Shown here: one piece after another, positions 49,871-58,605 of the stretch
Position numbering within the stretch: the first letter of the stretch is position 1
Layout of the letters: every line of letters starts with the position of its first letter
Source of the DNA: an uncultured virus (IMG/VR IMGVR_UViG_3300049830_000172)
Lineage: Duplodnaviria > Heunggongvirae > Uroviricota > Caudoviricetes
IMG/VR virus record: IMGVR_UViG_3300049830_000172
Reading direction: 5' to 3' (one strand)
DNA length: 64,000 nucleotides
Program-made: the position numbers and the translations under genes
The notes under the pieces: generated by a model
Seen by the model: the letters and a program-made list of their open reading frames with translations, nothing else
What the model was told of the DNA's origin: nothing
Databases searched by the model: none

Positions 49871-51322
49871 TTAGTTGTTATCTATCGTGGCATCGACAAT
49901 TATGTCACCAAGCTTTTTAATGACTTTGACACCCTTGGACAATATTGATATTTTCTTCGGAGGAGCTGATAAATTCATTTCTGGAGCCGATGAGGAAATA
50001 GTGGGCGCGGAAGCAGAAGAAGGTGGATTTAGAAAATTTGATGGGTTGGCACCCTGAGATAAACTATCCGCAAGGCTTTGACTCACTGTGGCATTCGCTT
50101 GTACATGAGCAGAAAGATTATCTATGAAAACACAATGATTACACTTTGTTGGTGACTTATCTGGAGTGAATTGGTTTTTGCAATCACTACATGTTTTAAT
50201 TACACCCATGGCTTGACAGCCAGAACACTTGCCAATACGAACGTTCGCGGCAGTGAGTAACGCACCACAAACACTACAGTCTTTTATAGTCCCGGTAGGC
50301 AGAGTTCCTGTTTTTGCCTGACAACCAAAACAAATGCCAATGGCTTCATTTGCACCACGAAGAGGTTTACTACAATTTTTGCAAAGTTTACGTGGTGGGG
50401 GCGTTGGCTTAGTTTTAGAATGACATTGATTGCAAATATCTTGTAACTTGTCAAAAGGTGAAAGTGTACAGTTACAAACTTTGCAAGATGGAATCACTTG
50501 AGATATTTTTGTTTGTTGTGGTGATTTGCCAATACCAGGAACACCAAAAGCATTAATTGATTGACTACACCAATCACAGGTGTCTGGCAATTGTCGTCCA
50601 GGCTTTAACACACCACCGCATTGAACACAACAAGCAGCGTGGCTATTCCATAATGCATCATGACAAGTATTGCAAATATCAGGTTGTTTAGCACTTAATG
50701 TCAATGCACTGCCACAAGTGTTGCAGTTCTTAAACACTGGTGAAGTGAGAAGAGCACATTGTGGGCATAAGTCTCCTCCATTTAATAAAACAAGTCCACA
50801 TTGCTTACAATGGTCTGGCACTGGATATTGACGCTGTGTTCTGCCAGATTTCTGATAAGTTTGCACAGTCGCCATAGGGGGATACGTTTTTACAACACCC
50901 AAATTCTTCTTTAGTGTGCCAGAACTTTGTTGTTGAGAATTCGTAACTACTCCTTTTCCTCGAACGACAGCAGCATTTCCTTGGGAGAAACTATATACAT
51001 TATCATCAGTTTCTTTTCTATCACGTTGAACATCTGGGTGATTTCGAAACACCTCTGACAATGTATTAAAGGCATAAACAAAGTCCTGACGTTTCTTATC
51101 TACATCTATATTTTTGCCTTGTTGTCGATAACGAATATCTAAACATTCATTGAAATAAATATTTTCGCATATTTTGTGTAACCTCAAGAACTCAGCCTCG
51201 ATGTTGTCCAAGTCGATGATTGCATTGAGAGTTGCCTCAATGTCAGAATTCTTAGTATGCTTGAGCGCTTCTCGTAAACGAGCCGCTATAGCCATCCTTT
51301 CTACTTTGGTGGACTTCATCAT
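49871..51322 (-). CDS. ST-module family protein 2 with seven CxxC...CxxC repeats
   Basis: MKSTKVERMAIAARLREAL; 14 CxxC motifs. Confidence 0.75.
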   Translation of the reverse strand: MMKSTKVERMAIAARLREALKHTKNSDIEATLNAIIDLDNIEAEFLRLHKICENIYFNECLDIRYRQQGKNIDVDKKRQDFVYAFNTLSEVFRNHPDVQRDRKETDDNVYSFSQGNAAVVRGKGVVTNSQQQSSGTLKKNLGVVKTYPPMATVQTYQKSGRTQRQYPVPDHCKQCGLVLLNGGDLCPQCALLTSPVFKNCNTCGSALTLSAKQPDICNTCHDALWNSHAACCVQCGGVLKPGRQLPDTCDWCSQSINAFGVPGIGKSPQQTKISQVIPSCKVCNCTLSPFDKLQDICNQCHSKTKPTPPPRKLCKNCSKPLRGANEAIGICFGCQAKTGTLPTGTIKDCSVCGALLTAANVRIGKCSGCQAMGVIKTCSDCKNQFTPDKSPTKCNHCVFIDNLSAHVQANATVSQSLADSLSQGANPSNFLNPPSSASAPTISSSAPEMNLSAPPKKISILSKGVKVIKKLGDIIVDATIDNN

Positions 51323-51326
51323 GATA

Positions 51327-51605
51327 TTAGTATAAATTTCTGTTAGTCATTGAATTAAAGACTTCTGAAAGCATCATACACCATTCAGATTCTTCATCTT
51401 CAAGATTGGTGTGGTAATGTTGCATTTCATGTATTCCACATTTAGATACTACATTACGAAAAAAAAGAAAACAAGCTTGGGCGTCTTCGAGAACGTCAAG
51501 AACATCACGAAGAGCTTTTTCATCTTCTTTTTCAAAATGGTGAGACGATAAATAAGAAGAAATCTTATCTATAGCTTCTTGTCTTGTTCTTGGGGTGGAG
51601 TTCAC
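51327..51605 (-). CDS. ST-module family protein 3
   Basis: MNSTPRTRQEAIDKI...DVLDVLED. Confidence 0.6.
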   Translation of the reverse strand: MNSTPRTRQEAIDKISSYLSSHHFEKEDEKALRDVLDVLEDAQACFLFFRNVVSKCGIHEMQHYHTNLEDEESEWCMMLSEVFNSMTNRNLY

Positions 51606-52375
51606 ACTAATAAACTCCCTACGAATAGCGCAATCTTATCGAGGTCGGTTTCAACAAGAACTTTAAGCTTCTTCCTTTTATCGTCTTTAATTGTGACTGT
51701 GCTAGCGACGTAGTTATGAATCAAATAAATCTTGCCGCGAGAACTAGATAGTTCGAAATCTCCATTAGTCTTATGAACGACGTTGATGGTGCTACCTTTA
51801 CTATTTGTAGCCTTGCGAATAATCTCCCTTAACTGAATCATGTATGTGGTCGGTGGAGGAGTTTTCTTAGATGCGATAATCGGTGAAGATGGAGGATTCC
51901 AGATGCTACCAAAACCACCCGGCCCCTGGCTGATGACATAAGGTGAATGATGATTAACAATTTGTGGATTAGAATGACTGCCCGTGAATCCCATATTATT
52001 GGAAGTAGCAGCAGTTTTAAGCTTCTCCATTTGAACAGCAATCCAGTGTTTAGAATTCTTCCAAACGCCGCCGTGGACTCCGATACCTAAAAATAAATCA
52101 AAACGATGAATCAAGTATTCATACATCTTTTTCATGTTGTAGCCATCATGAGTTTGACCATAGTCATCATCATCGTCATCGTCATAATAAGAATTTGAAG
52201 AAGAAAGATTCTTGTGGTAGAAATATTCAGCAGCTAAGGCACTAACTTCCAATAGCTCGTTCAAATCATCGACAATGGTCATTGCCTCTGTTAATTCATC
52301 AGAGTCCGGTACGACTGCTAATGCTTCTGTTAATCGTTCTTTAAAACGAAGTCTTGTTTCTTCTGTTGATTTCAT
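51602..52375 (-). CDS. ST-module family protein 4
   Basis: MKSTEETRLRFKERLTEAL...PDSDELTEAMTIVDD. Confidence 0.7.
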   Translation of the reverse strand: MKSTEETRLRFKERLTEALAVVPDSDELTEAMTIVDDLNELLEVSALAAEYFYHKNLSSSNSYYDDDDDDDYGQTHDGYNMKKMYEYLIHRFDLFLGIGVHGGVWKNSKHWIAVQMEKLKTAATSNNMGFTGSHSNPQIVNHHSPYVISQGPGGFGSIWNPPSSPIIASKKTPPPTTYMIQLREIIRKATNSKGSTINVVHKTNGDFELSSSRGKIYLIHNYVASTVTIKDDKRKKLKVLVETDLDKIALFVGSLLV

Positions 52376-52653
52376 GTAATAAAACCTTCTATTATTATAC
52401 CTAAGTCTTCAGTGCTGCCGTCCCATTCAAAACTGCCATGAGAGTCCATGTTTACAGGGTCGAATAGGAATATCTCTTCGCCGTCGCTTACAATGTAAAG
52501 AGACTGTTTGTCATTTATTTTTTTATGATAACGTAACATGTCGTCTACAATATCTAAAGCCTCTTGTAACTCTTGAGACTTAGGATTGTCTCTGAGAGCA
52601 ATAATTAAACGTTGCCTTAAAGATTGACGTGTTGCAAGGGTGGATTTCATCAT
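52372..52653 (-). CDS. ST-module family protein 5
   Basis: MKSTLATRQSLRQRL...PKSQELQEALDIVDD. Confidence 0.7.
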   Translation of the reverse strand: MMKSTLATRQSLRQRLIIALRDNPKSQELQEALDIVDDMLRYHKKINDKQSLYIVSDGEEIFLFDPVNMDSHGSFEWDGSTEDLGIIIEGFIT

Positions 52654-53060
52654 AAAATTAAAAAACCTTCCTTATCATATTGTTCCAATTTCTTACTTTT
52701 GCTGAAAGTGTATTTCTTGGGTGAGGAAATATTCTTTGGCTTTGTGTAAGTGATTCCATTTTCTTCTGCATCAAGATAGAATTGCTTAAAACGCTGTAAA
52801 CGAATATTGACGAAGAGTTCGTTTATAGCCGCGCAAAATGGCTTCATTTCGTGGTACACGTGTGCAGACGCGACAATCCTTTCTAACGTTTCCGGTGCAT
52901 CGTAAGCTTCAAACATTCTTTCTACTAAAGAACAGATTTCGGCAAAATCATTTGCCTCTTGCACAACACGAATAGCCAGTTTAATCTCTGGTGATTCTGG
53001 TGCATCAGAGAGACGCTGTAAAAGCTCTCCCCGCTCTTCTTCAGTAGAAAAGATTCTCAT
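52650..53060 (-). CDS. ST-module family protein 6
   Basis: FSTEEERGELLQRLSDAPESPEIKLAIRVVQE. Confidence 0.7.
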   Translation of the reverse strand: MRIFSTEEERGELLQRLSDAPESPEIKLAIRVVQEANDFAEICSLVERMFEAYDAPETLERIVASAHVYHEMKPFCAAINELFVNIRLQRFKQFYLDAEENGITYTKPKNISSPKKYTFSKSKKLEQYDKEGFLIL

Positions 53061-53569
53061 GAACTTAATTCATCCCACTCCACTTGACTAATCGTCATAT
53101 CATCCGATTGCCATTTTTGGACAGCCTTATATCTGTCTCGTCGCTTTCTGAATGTTTCAAAAGAATTGTGTAAGACTATCACACTTGAAGCTTTGAATTC
53201 GTATACACGCTCATCGCGTCCATTAATGAAAATTTCATATCTAAAATGAGCTGGAATACTGAAATATCCAAATAGATTGGTGATGTCTTCGACATCTGCC
53301 AGCATCTTGTTCACAAACGTTATTTCTAACTCGGTGAGAATATCAGAATATGAATTGTTCCATCTATCCTTAATGTTGAGCTTCCATCGCTTGGGATTAA
53401 ACTTAGAATACTGATTCAACTCAATATCACGTGCTTCCATTGCAGTAACAGTTTTATGATGACGATAAAGCACATTCTTTAATGCATTTCTAAGAGGTTC
53501 TTGGCTTTTATCAAGTCCAAGCCTCGATTGTTTAAGACAATCTGTTTTTGTCGTTTTAAAATCAGGCAT
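53057..53569 (-). CDS. Hypothetical protein
   Basis: 170-aa ORF. Confidence 0.6.
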   Translation of the reverse strand: MPDFKTTKTDCLKQSRLGLDKSQEPLRNALKNVLYRHHKTVTAMEARDIELNQYSKFNPKRWKLNIKDRWNNSYSDILTELEITFVNKMLADVEDITNLFGYFSIPAHFRYEIFINGRDERVYEFKASSVIVLHNSFETFRKRRDRYKAVQKWQSDDMTISQVEWDELSS

Positions 53570-54572
53570 TTACTTTTACTCCTACTTCAAGTGATTGGGC
53601 GGTGACGCTATTCAATTCTGAACGAGCAGATTGGTAAGAGTCAAGAGTGTTCTTTACTTCTCCCAATGCGCTGTAGGCAACATCGGAATAGTGAGCAAGC
53701 ATTGAGATGGCAGCCACGCGCTCGTCGTTGCGCTGTTCGATAACTCCAAGAAAAGCTGTTGCCTCGCGAATAGTCTTAATGTCTTCTGCGCATTCTAGGT
53801 AAGCACGTAAGTCTTTTGCCATTGCATTGATTGGTGCAATGATTTCGTTTGCCTTTGTGCGCTGCTCTTTCAAATCTTTTAGAATCTCTTGATACTTATT
53901 GCGAATCGCAATGACATCTTCACCATGTTTTACATAAAGCTGCTGAACAACTGGGTGCATGTTAGTGTTTTGCTTTGTTAACACTTTAATCATGGATATC
54001 CAATTGTTTCGAATAAAGTCTCTGCAAACATCAGTAAGCTCTTCTTCCGTTTTTTGATGACAGCTATTGAACAAAAATTCTTTAGTGTTGTTAATGACTG
54101 TGATATGCAAATCTTGCATGAGCAAAGATGTGTTTTCGCAATACGTTTCCAATGTGCGACGTAAGATTTCTTTGGAATAACAATTGCGTCCATTGTCATT
54201 TACACCAACATTATGTTCGAAACGACATCTGATGCTTTTTGTCATCAACGCCAAAATCTCTTCCACTTGCTTGTTTGTCGGACTTGGGTCAATTTTCAAA
54301 GCAATCTCATTCAATTTAACAATAAATGCTTTTGTTTTTTCGATGTCTGAATCAATAGTGCCAGTGATACGAGTCGCCTCAGCCACTGGACGACGAACTA
54401 AATGTTCAGCAATCGTTTCGACAACTTCTGTCTCAGATAAATCAAGAGAACGAATGCGCATTTTTGCCATTTCCTTGAGACGACGCCAACCTGTGGCGTC
54501 TCCGAGCTTTGCTTCCTGCGCGAGTTGCATCAGGGCTGGTTCTGATAATGGTACGATATCACCGATTTTCAT
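53562..54572 (-). CDS. Hypothetical helical protein
   Basis: 336 aa; preceded by TCCTCA-N18-TATACT-N7-ATG. Confidence 0.7.
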   Translation of the reverse strand: MKIGDIVPLSEPALMQLAQEAKLGDATGWRRLKEMAKMRIRSLDLSETEVVETIAEHLVRRPVAEATRITGTIDSDIEKTKAFIVKLNEIALKIDPSPTNKQVEEILALMTKSIRCRFEHNVGVNDNGRNCYSKEILRRTLETYCENTSLLMQDLHITVINNTKEFLFNSCHQKTEEELTDVCRDFIRNNWISMIKVLTKQNTNMHPVVQQLYVKHGEDVIAIRNKYQEILKDLKEQRTKANEIIAPINAMAKDLRAYLECAEDIKTIREATAFLGVIEQRNDERVAAISMLAHYSDVAYSALGEVKNTLDSYQSARSELNSVTAQSLEVGVKVNA

Positions 54573-54613
54573 TAAGTACAGTATACTAGAAACAAATCAG
54601 TTTTGAGGAAAAT

Positions 54614-54823
54614 CTATTCAGGGAAGATGACTGCGCTATCGCGAGTCACTTCAAACTTGCCATTGGCGAGCTGAATATCTAATGTTCGCGCAGACATAGT
54701 GCTGCCATCTTTGAAAATAACTGAACGAGAACTAACACTCTCAACTATGCGAGTTAATACTGGACATGCCACGTATAGAAGAATGTCACCATTTAATAAA
54801 TCACTGCACGTGAATTGTTTCAT
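54614..54823 (-). CDS. Hypothetical protein
   Basis: 69-aa ORF. Confidence 0.5.
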   Translation of the reverse strand: MKQFTCSDLLNGDILLYVACPVLTRIVESVSSRSVIFKDGSTMSARTLDIQLANGKFEVTRDSAVIFPE

Positions 54824-55202
54824 CTGTTATTTCAGTTGCATGTTTTTCAATGTCTTCAAATTTAATAAATCTGTGCGGCTCGCTAGCTGTCCATAAAGCT
54901 AAAGCAGTTGGTGTAAGTCTACCTAACTTTGTCGGCACCAATACATTCCACTTTTTAACAAATAGCATGGCTTGTTCAATGCTGCCAAATTCAAACAATC
55001 CAAGCCCCCATTCTTTTACAGTGGAGTTAAGCTGTTCTTCTGTGAAATGCTGCTGACGACTGATTTCCAATTGCTCCTGCGCAAAATGCCTGTCTGTGCA
55101 AAAACATACGCCAACACGAGTGCCGTCAAAGGCATAGTAAAAAGGTGACGTGATGCTGTCACTTGGAGTGTCGCCGTGCATCATTAAAGGTAAGTAGTGC
55201 AT
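54801..55202 (-). CDS. Hypothetical protein
   Basis: 133 aa, SD AAGGA. Confidence 0.6.
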   Translation of the reverse strand: MHYLPLMMHGDTPSDSITSPFYYAFDGTRVGVCFCTDRHFAQEQLEISRQQHFTEEQLNSTVKEWGLGLFEFGSIEQAMLFVKKWNVLVPTKLGRLTPTALALWTASEPHRFIKFEDIEKHATEITDETIHVQ

Positions 55203-55203
55203 G

Positions 55204-55392
55204 TTATTCCTTTGTACATGTTTTCTTCATGATGGCAACAGCCCAAGCAAAAGAAAACATCATTCCGAATCCTGATGCGAAAATCCACACCCAACTCGCA
55301 TTAAGCAACGCGGAAAATATCAACACGAAGAAAAGAATACTTCCTAGTCCCCAACAAATACCAGAGAGTAATTGACAAAGTTTTGTACTCAT
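55204..55392 (-). CDS. Small two-TM membrane protein
   Basis: Start MSTKLC; two hydrophobic stretches. Confidence 0.55.
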   Translation of the reverse strand: MSTKLCQLLSGICWGLGSILFFVLIFSALLNASWVWIFASGFGMMFSFAWAVAIMKKTCTKE

Positions 55393-55442
55393 AAGGAAAT
55401 CCTGTGTCCTGTGTCCATCCGTAGACACAGGACGAACATATC

Positions 55443-55961
55443 TTACTTGAAAATGCTCTTGACAGGGAAGGAGACAGTCACGCCGACAGTCCACTTTGGA
55501 AGATTTTCACTGCCATATGGAGGGCACTTGCCACAATAGTTGGGCTGACCTGTTCCGTTTTGGCTAAACAAATAACCAGCGTTAGCACTTACTGCATACG
55601 AGTTTGTTCGCCAAAGACCTGCGCGAACTCCAACTTCACCCTGGAAATTGGTGTTGAAGAATGTAGTCTCCTTAACGTAGGCGGAAAAAGTCTTGTCAAC
55701 CTTGTAGCCGACACTCAATGCGCCAAGAAAGGAATTGTCGTTCCAGAAGTTCTCGACTCCCTGAACATAAGCGACATTACCACTCAATGACCATTTGCCG
55801 TTTGACAAAAATGGAGTTGAGAAGCCAGTCTCAACCTTCGAGGTTCCTGAAAGGTTGCTCTTGTACTTCGTATAAAAGCTACCGTCGTTTGGCGAATATG
55901 TTTTAGTCTGTGCCATTGCCAAGACAGGCAAAAGCGCAAACATTGTAAGAAATGTTCTCAT
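55443..55961 (-). CDS. Secreted outer-membrane beta-barrel-like protein
   Basis: Signal peptide MRTFLTMFALLPVLAMA|Q, amphipathic aromatic-ended strands, WTVGVTVSF near the C-terminus; TCCTCA-N17-TATAAT-N7-ATG. Confidence 0.6.
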   Translation of the reverse strand: MRTFLTMFALLPVLAMAQTKTYSPNDGSFYTKYKSNLSGTSKVETGFSTPFLSNGKWSLSGNVAYVQGVENFWNDNSFLGALSVGYKVDKTFSAYVKETTFFNTNFQGEVGVRAGLWRTNSYAVSANAGYLFSQNGTGQPNYCGKCPPYGSENLPKWTVGVTVSFPVKSIFK

Positions 55962-56103
55962 CAGAGCGATTATACCAGAACAAAACAATTATGAGGAAAA
56001 ATTACATGTATAACACGATAGACAACGCGCAAATTGGTAAATTCAGCCCGATTTAAGCATAAAGAGGAAGCATATCACTTCCAGACTTAAAGCGATATAA
56101 CTG

Positions 56104-57039
56104 ATGAGAGGAGAGCGTATCGTCAGGACAGTCATGAGTAAAAACATACCAATGTTCGCTACAAGCGAGCCTTACATTCCTATCGGCAAACACCTTCTTT
56201 TAACAGACACACTCGAAGTAGGTGAAACCTACGCGAAATATAGCCGAGATATTGCAGTAAAAGCATATGTGCTGTGCAGAGAAGAGGAAATTTACCCATC
56301 TATCATTGACCCAGAGGAATTATTAATTCCAGGATTAGGCATTGGAGTGAAGCCAGTCATTCCGCGCAAGAACGTACCTGTGCATTCCTACAACCTTAAA
56401 GACCGCGCAAAAGTGAGGTCACTCAACACGTTGGAAAGATTAGAAGACACAGAGGTGTTTAAACTTATTAACGCAGCATGTCCATCTGACCAAATGCTGA
56501 CAGTTGAGGATGAGTTTTTGCCAAAATACATTACGCGATGTTTTGCAATGCTCGAAGGTCATGAATTAACCCCAGGTGCAATCGTTATGCATCCAGTCAG
56601 ATTTGCCGAAATGAGAGAATGGAATCACCCTAAATTTAAAGAATGGGCGAAAACACCAGACTTTGTACATCGAGCTGAATTTTATGATGTGAAAGTATTT
56701 ACATCAACCATGTGCCCAAAGAACGCCATTTATGTGGTGGCTAACCCACAATACATTGGAGTCGTCGTTGAATATGAACCAATCACAGAAAAAGAATATG
56801 CAGAAGACGATAAGAATAGAGATGGAATCGTTTTTCGAAAAAGATTGGGATTCGGTATTATAAACGATTACGCATGCACAAGAATTTTGTTGCAATGTCC
56901 AAGTTCATTCAAAACAGACTTAGATAGAAAACAAGAAGCAGAGCGCAAAGAAAAAGAAACTCCTAAAGCATCAGCAGAAGTTCCATTCATTCCAGCGCAA
57001 CAAGACACCGGGAAGAAGAAAAAAGGTTGGCTTGGCTGA
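56104..57039 (+). CDS. Major capsid protein-like paralogue (HK97 fold)
   Basis: LL.TDTL..G....Y.RDI.V.A, P...I...P, YN..DRA......ED..VF..I.AA, S..CP...IYVVA.P..IG, G.....LG.GI.N pattern seen in large-phage capsid proteins. Confidence 0.6.
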   Translation: MRGERIVRTVMSKNIPMFATSEPYIPIGKHLLLTDTLEVGETYAKYSRDIAVKAYVLCREEEIYPSIIDPEELLIPGLGIGVKPVIPRKNVPVHSYNLKDRAKVRSLNTLERLEDTEVFKLINAACPSDQMLTVEDEFLPKYITRCFAMLEGHELTPGAIVMHPVRFAEMREWNHPKFKEWAKTPDFVHRAEFYDVKVFTSTMCPKNAIYVVANPQYIGVVVEYEPITEKEYAEDDKNRDGIVFRKRLGFGIINDYACTRILLQCPSSFKTDLDRKQEAERKEKETPKASAEVPFIPAQQDTGKKKKGWLG

Positions 57040-57330
57040 ACGTAAATTATACGTCAATAACTGCGCGAAATTTGGGAAAGGGGTACTAAAACTTAGATAC
57101 CATACCCCCTCCCCCTATGCGATTTTTGAGATTTATTTAGCTTCAAAAAATTTATAAAATTAAATTTTTAGAAATCGAGAGGCAAAAAGGGAATTCGATA
57201 TTTTTTAATACCCACCCCTATCCGTGTGTAGCTAATTGTCGAATGGGACTCCGAAAAAATTGGCGGGTGGTGGAACACCCTTCCTTATGGAACCTAAATT
57301 GTGAGTGTACCGGGGGGGTAGTTGGCCGTG
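57040..57330. other. Non-coding convergence zone with G/C runs; possible genome terminus/packaging region
   Basis: No ORF; ataccccctccccct, AT-rich core, gggactcc, ccgggggggtag; lies at the border of the promoter-cassette region. Confidence 0.35.
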
Positions 57331-57465
57331 TGGCCTATGCTGCCTATAGTGCTTATGCTATGGTGCCGCCTTGGTACACATACACATAGACGGGTGGCTT
57401 GCCAGTCGTAGGCAAGCTCCTGTCATAGACTGGACTTAATCGCCAGTCAGTGGGTTGCTACCACT
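57330..57465 (-). ncRNA. Candidate small RNA A (three tandem hairpins)
   Basis: TCCTCA-N16-CGATAT motif with +1 about 57465; only a 5-codon ORF; stems AGTGG/CCACT, GACTGG/CCAGTC, GCTTGCC/GGCAAGC; 3' end uncertain. Confidence 0.4.
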
Positions 57466-57483
57466 ATCTATATATCGCCGTTG

Positions 57484-57636
57484 CTAAACGTATTGAGGAA
57501 TTTTTGTACGTGTTCCCCAGCCGAGCTGAATGTCGTAGGGAACGTGGAAAGCCTTGGGTTGCGTGAAGCCGAGTCGTGGGTTTCGCCCCGTAATCTTGTA
57601 CGGCTTGCTGATTATACCATTTCTGCATGTGAACAT
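57484..57636 (-). other. Promoter-driven transcript: 50-aa leaderless ORF or structured RNA
   Basis: ATG at +1 of a GCGTAT-type motif (MFTCRNG...PQYV); several nested stems are also possible. Confidence 0.4.
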
Positions 57637-57671
57637 AGTAATATACGCTCACATGAATTAAGTTTGAGGAA

Positions 57672-57833
57672 TTAAAAGTGGAAGCCGAGATAATGGCAGA
57701 CGACGTAAAGCCAGCCAAAGAGGGTATGGAGCGCAGTCCAACCGATATCGTGGGTGATATCCCAAGTGACGATGCCAGCCCACACCATGCCGATGAGCGA
57801 GAATAAACCAATGCCAGAAGATTTTGATTCCAT
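57672..57833 (-). CDS. Small membrane protein
   Basis: MESKSSGIGLFSLIG...W...H..FGWLYV; variant promoter motif upstream. Confidence 0.65.
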   Translation of the reverse strand: MESKSSGIGLFSLIGMVWAGIVTWDITHDIGWTALHTLFGWLYVVCHYLGFHF

Positions 57834-57870
57834 ATTATCTATATATGGAATCAAAATCTGTTTTTGAGGA

Positions 57871-58200
57871 TTATTCGTCGTCGTCATCGTCGTCGTCGTG
57901 AAGGAATTGAATCCCTCGCGCTAAACTTGCGCCAAAGTCGCGTCCACATTCCTTGAGGATATCCGGGCCGCTGACGTGGAGTCCTTGAATATCATTTAGA
58001 TAGGTGTCGCCCAAGTCCGAACCGCCGTGGGTGTGTGGTGAGGAAACTTCACAAAAAGCTATGGCATAATGGTTTTTTGCCGCTAGTTCTGGCCGTTGGT
58101 TGAGTTTGAGAATGTTCCAAGTCCAGCCGTTTGTTGATTTATAGACTGCGTAAGGGTCGCCTTGCTTTCTTGTTTTTCCGTATGGGTTTGATGAAGCCAT
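57871..58200 (-). CDS. Hypothetical early protein (leaderless)
   Basis: ATG at +1 of the motif; acidic tail. Confidence 0.75.
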   Translation of the reverse strand: MASSNPYGKTRKQGDPYAVYKSTNGWTWNILKLNQRPELAAKNHYAIAFCEVSSPHTHGGSDLGDTYLNDIQGLHVSGPDILKECGRDFGASLARGIQFLHDDDDDDDE

Positions 58201-58243
58201 GAATATATACTCAGGTGGGCGAAAACTTTGAGGAAAATTGGGA

Positions 58244-58489
58244 ACGGCGAGTTTTTCTTAACTCGCCGTTTTGTGCCCGTCCATTTGTCGTTTTGGATTC
58301 ACCATTGAATCCATACTCATGAGTCATTGGGAATTTGCCAATATTTCCTTATTGTCTGAACGTGTCGCGATTCACGTTTCTGGCATGGCGAACATTAAAA
58401 GTTTTTGACCGTGTTGGTTGTTGACGTTTTATTACTTCATGATGCTCACTCCCTTATCTAGTTGCTAGGCGCTTCCAATATTGGGCGTT
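58244..58489 (-). ncRNA. Candidate structured RNA B (~245 nt)
   Basis: ACGTAT-type motif; no long ORF; hairpins AACGTG/CACGTT, TGGATTCA/TGAATCCA, ATTGG/CCAAT; terminal hairpin AACGGCGAGTT/AACTCGCCGTT. Confidence 0.5.
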
Positions 58490-58605
58490 GAGTATATACG
58501 TCGTTCGTTGCTTGGTTTGAGGAATTTAGCTTTTGGGCGCGTGCCGCCTTATTTCGCCAAGTCTTATTCCCGGATGTTCTAGTCCGGGAATTTTCCTCAA
58601 AAGTC

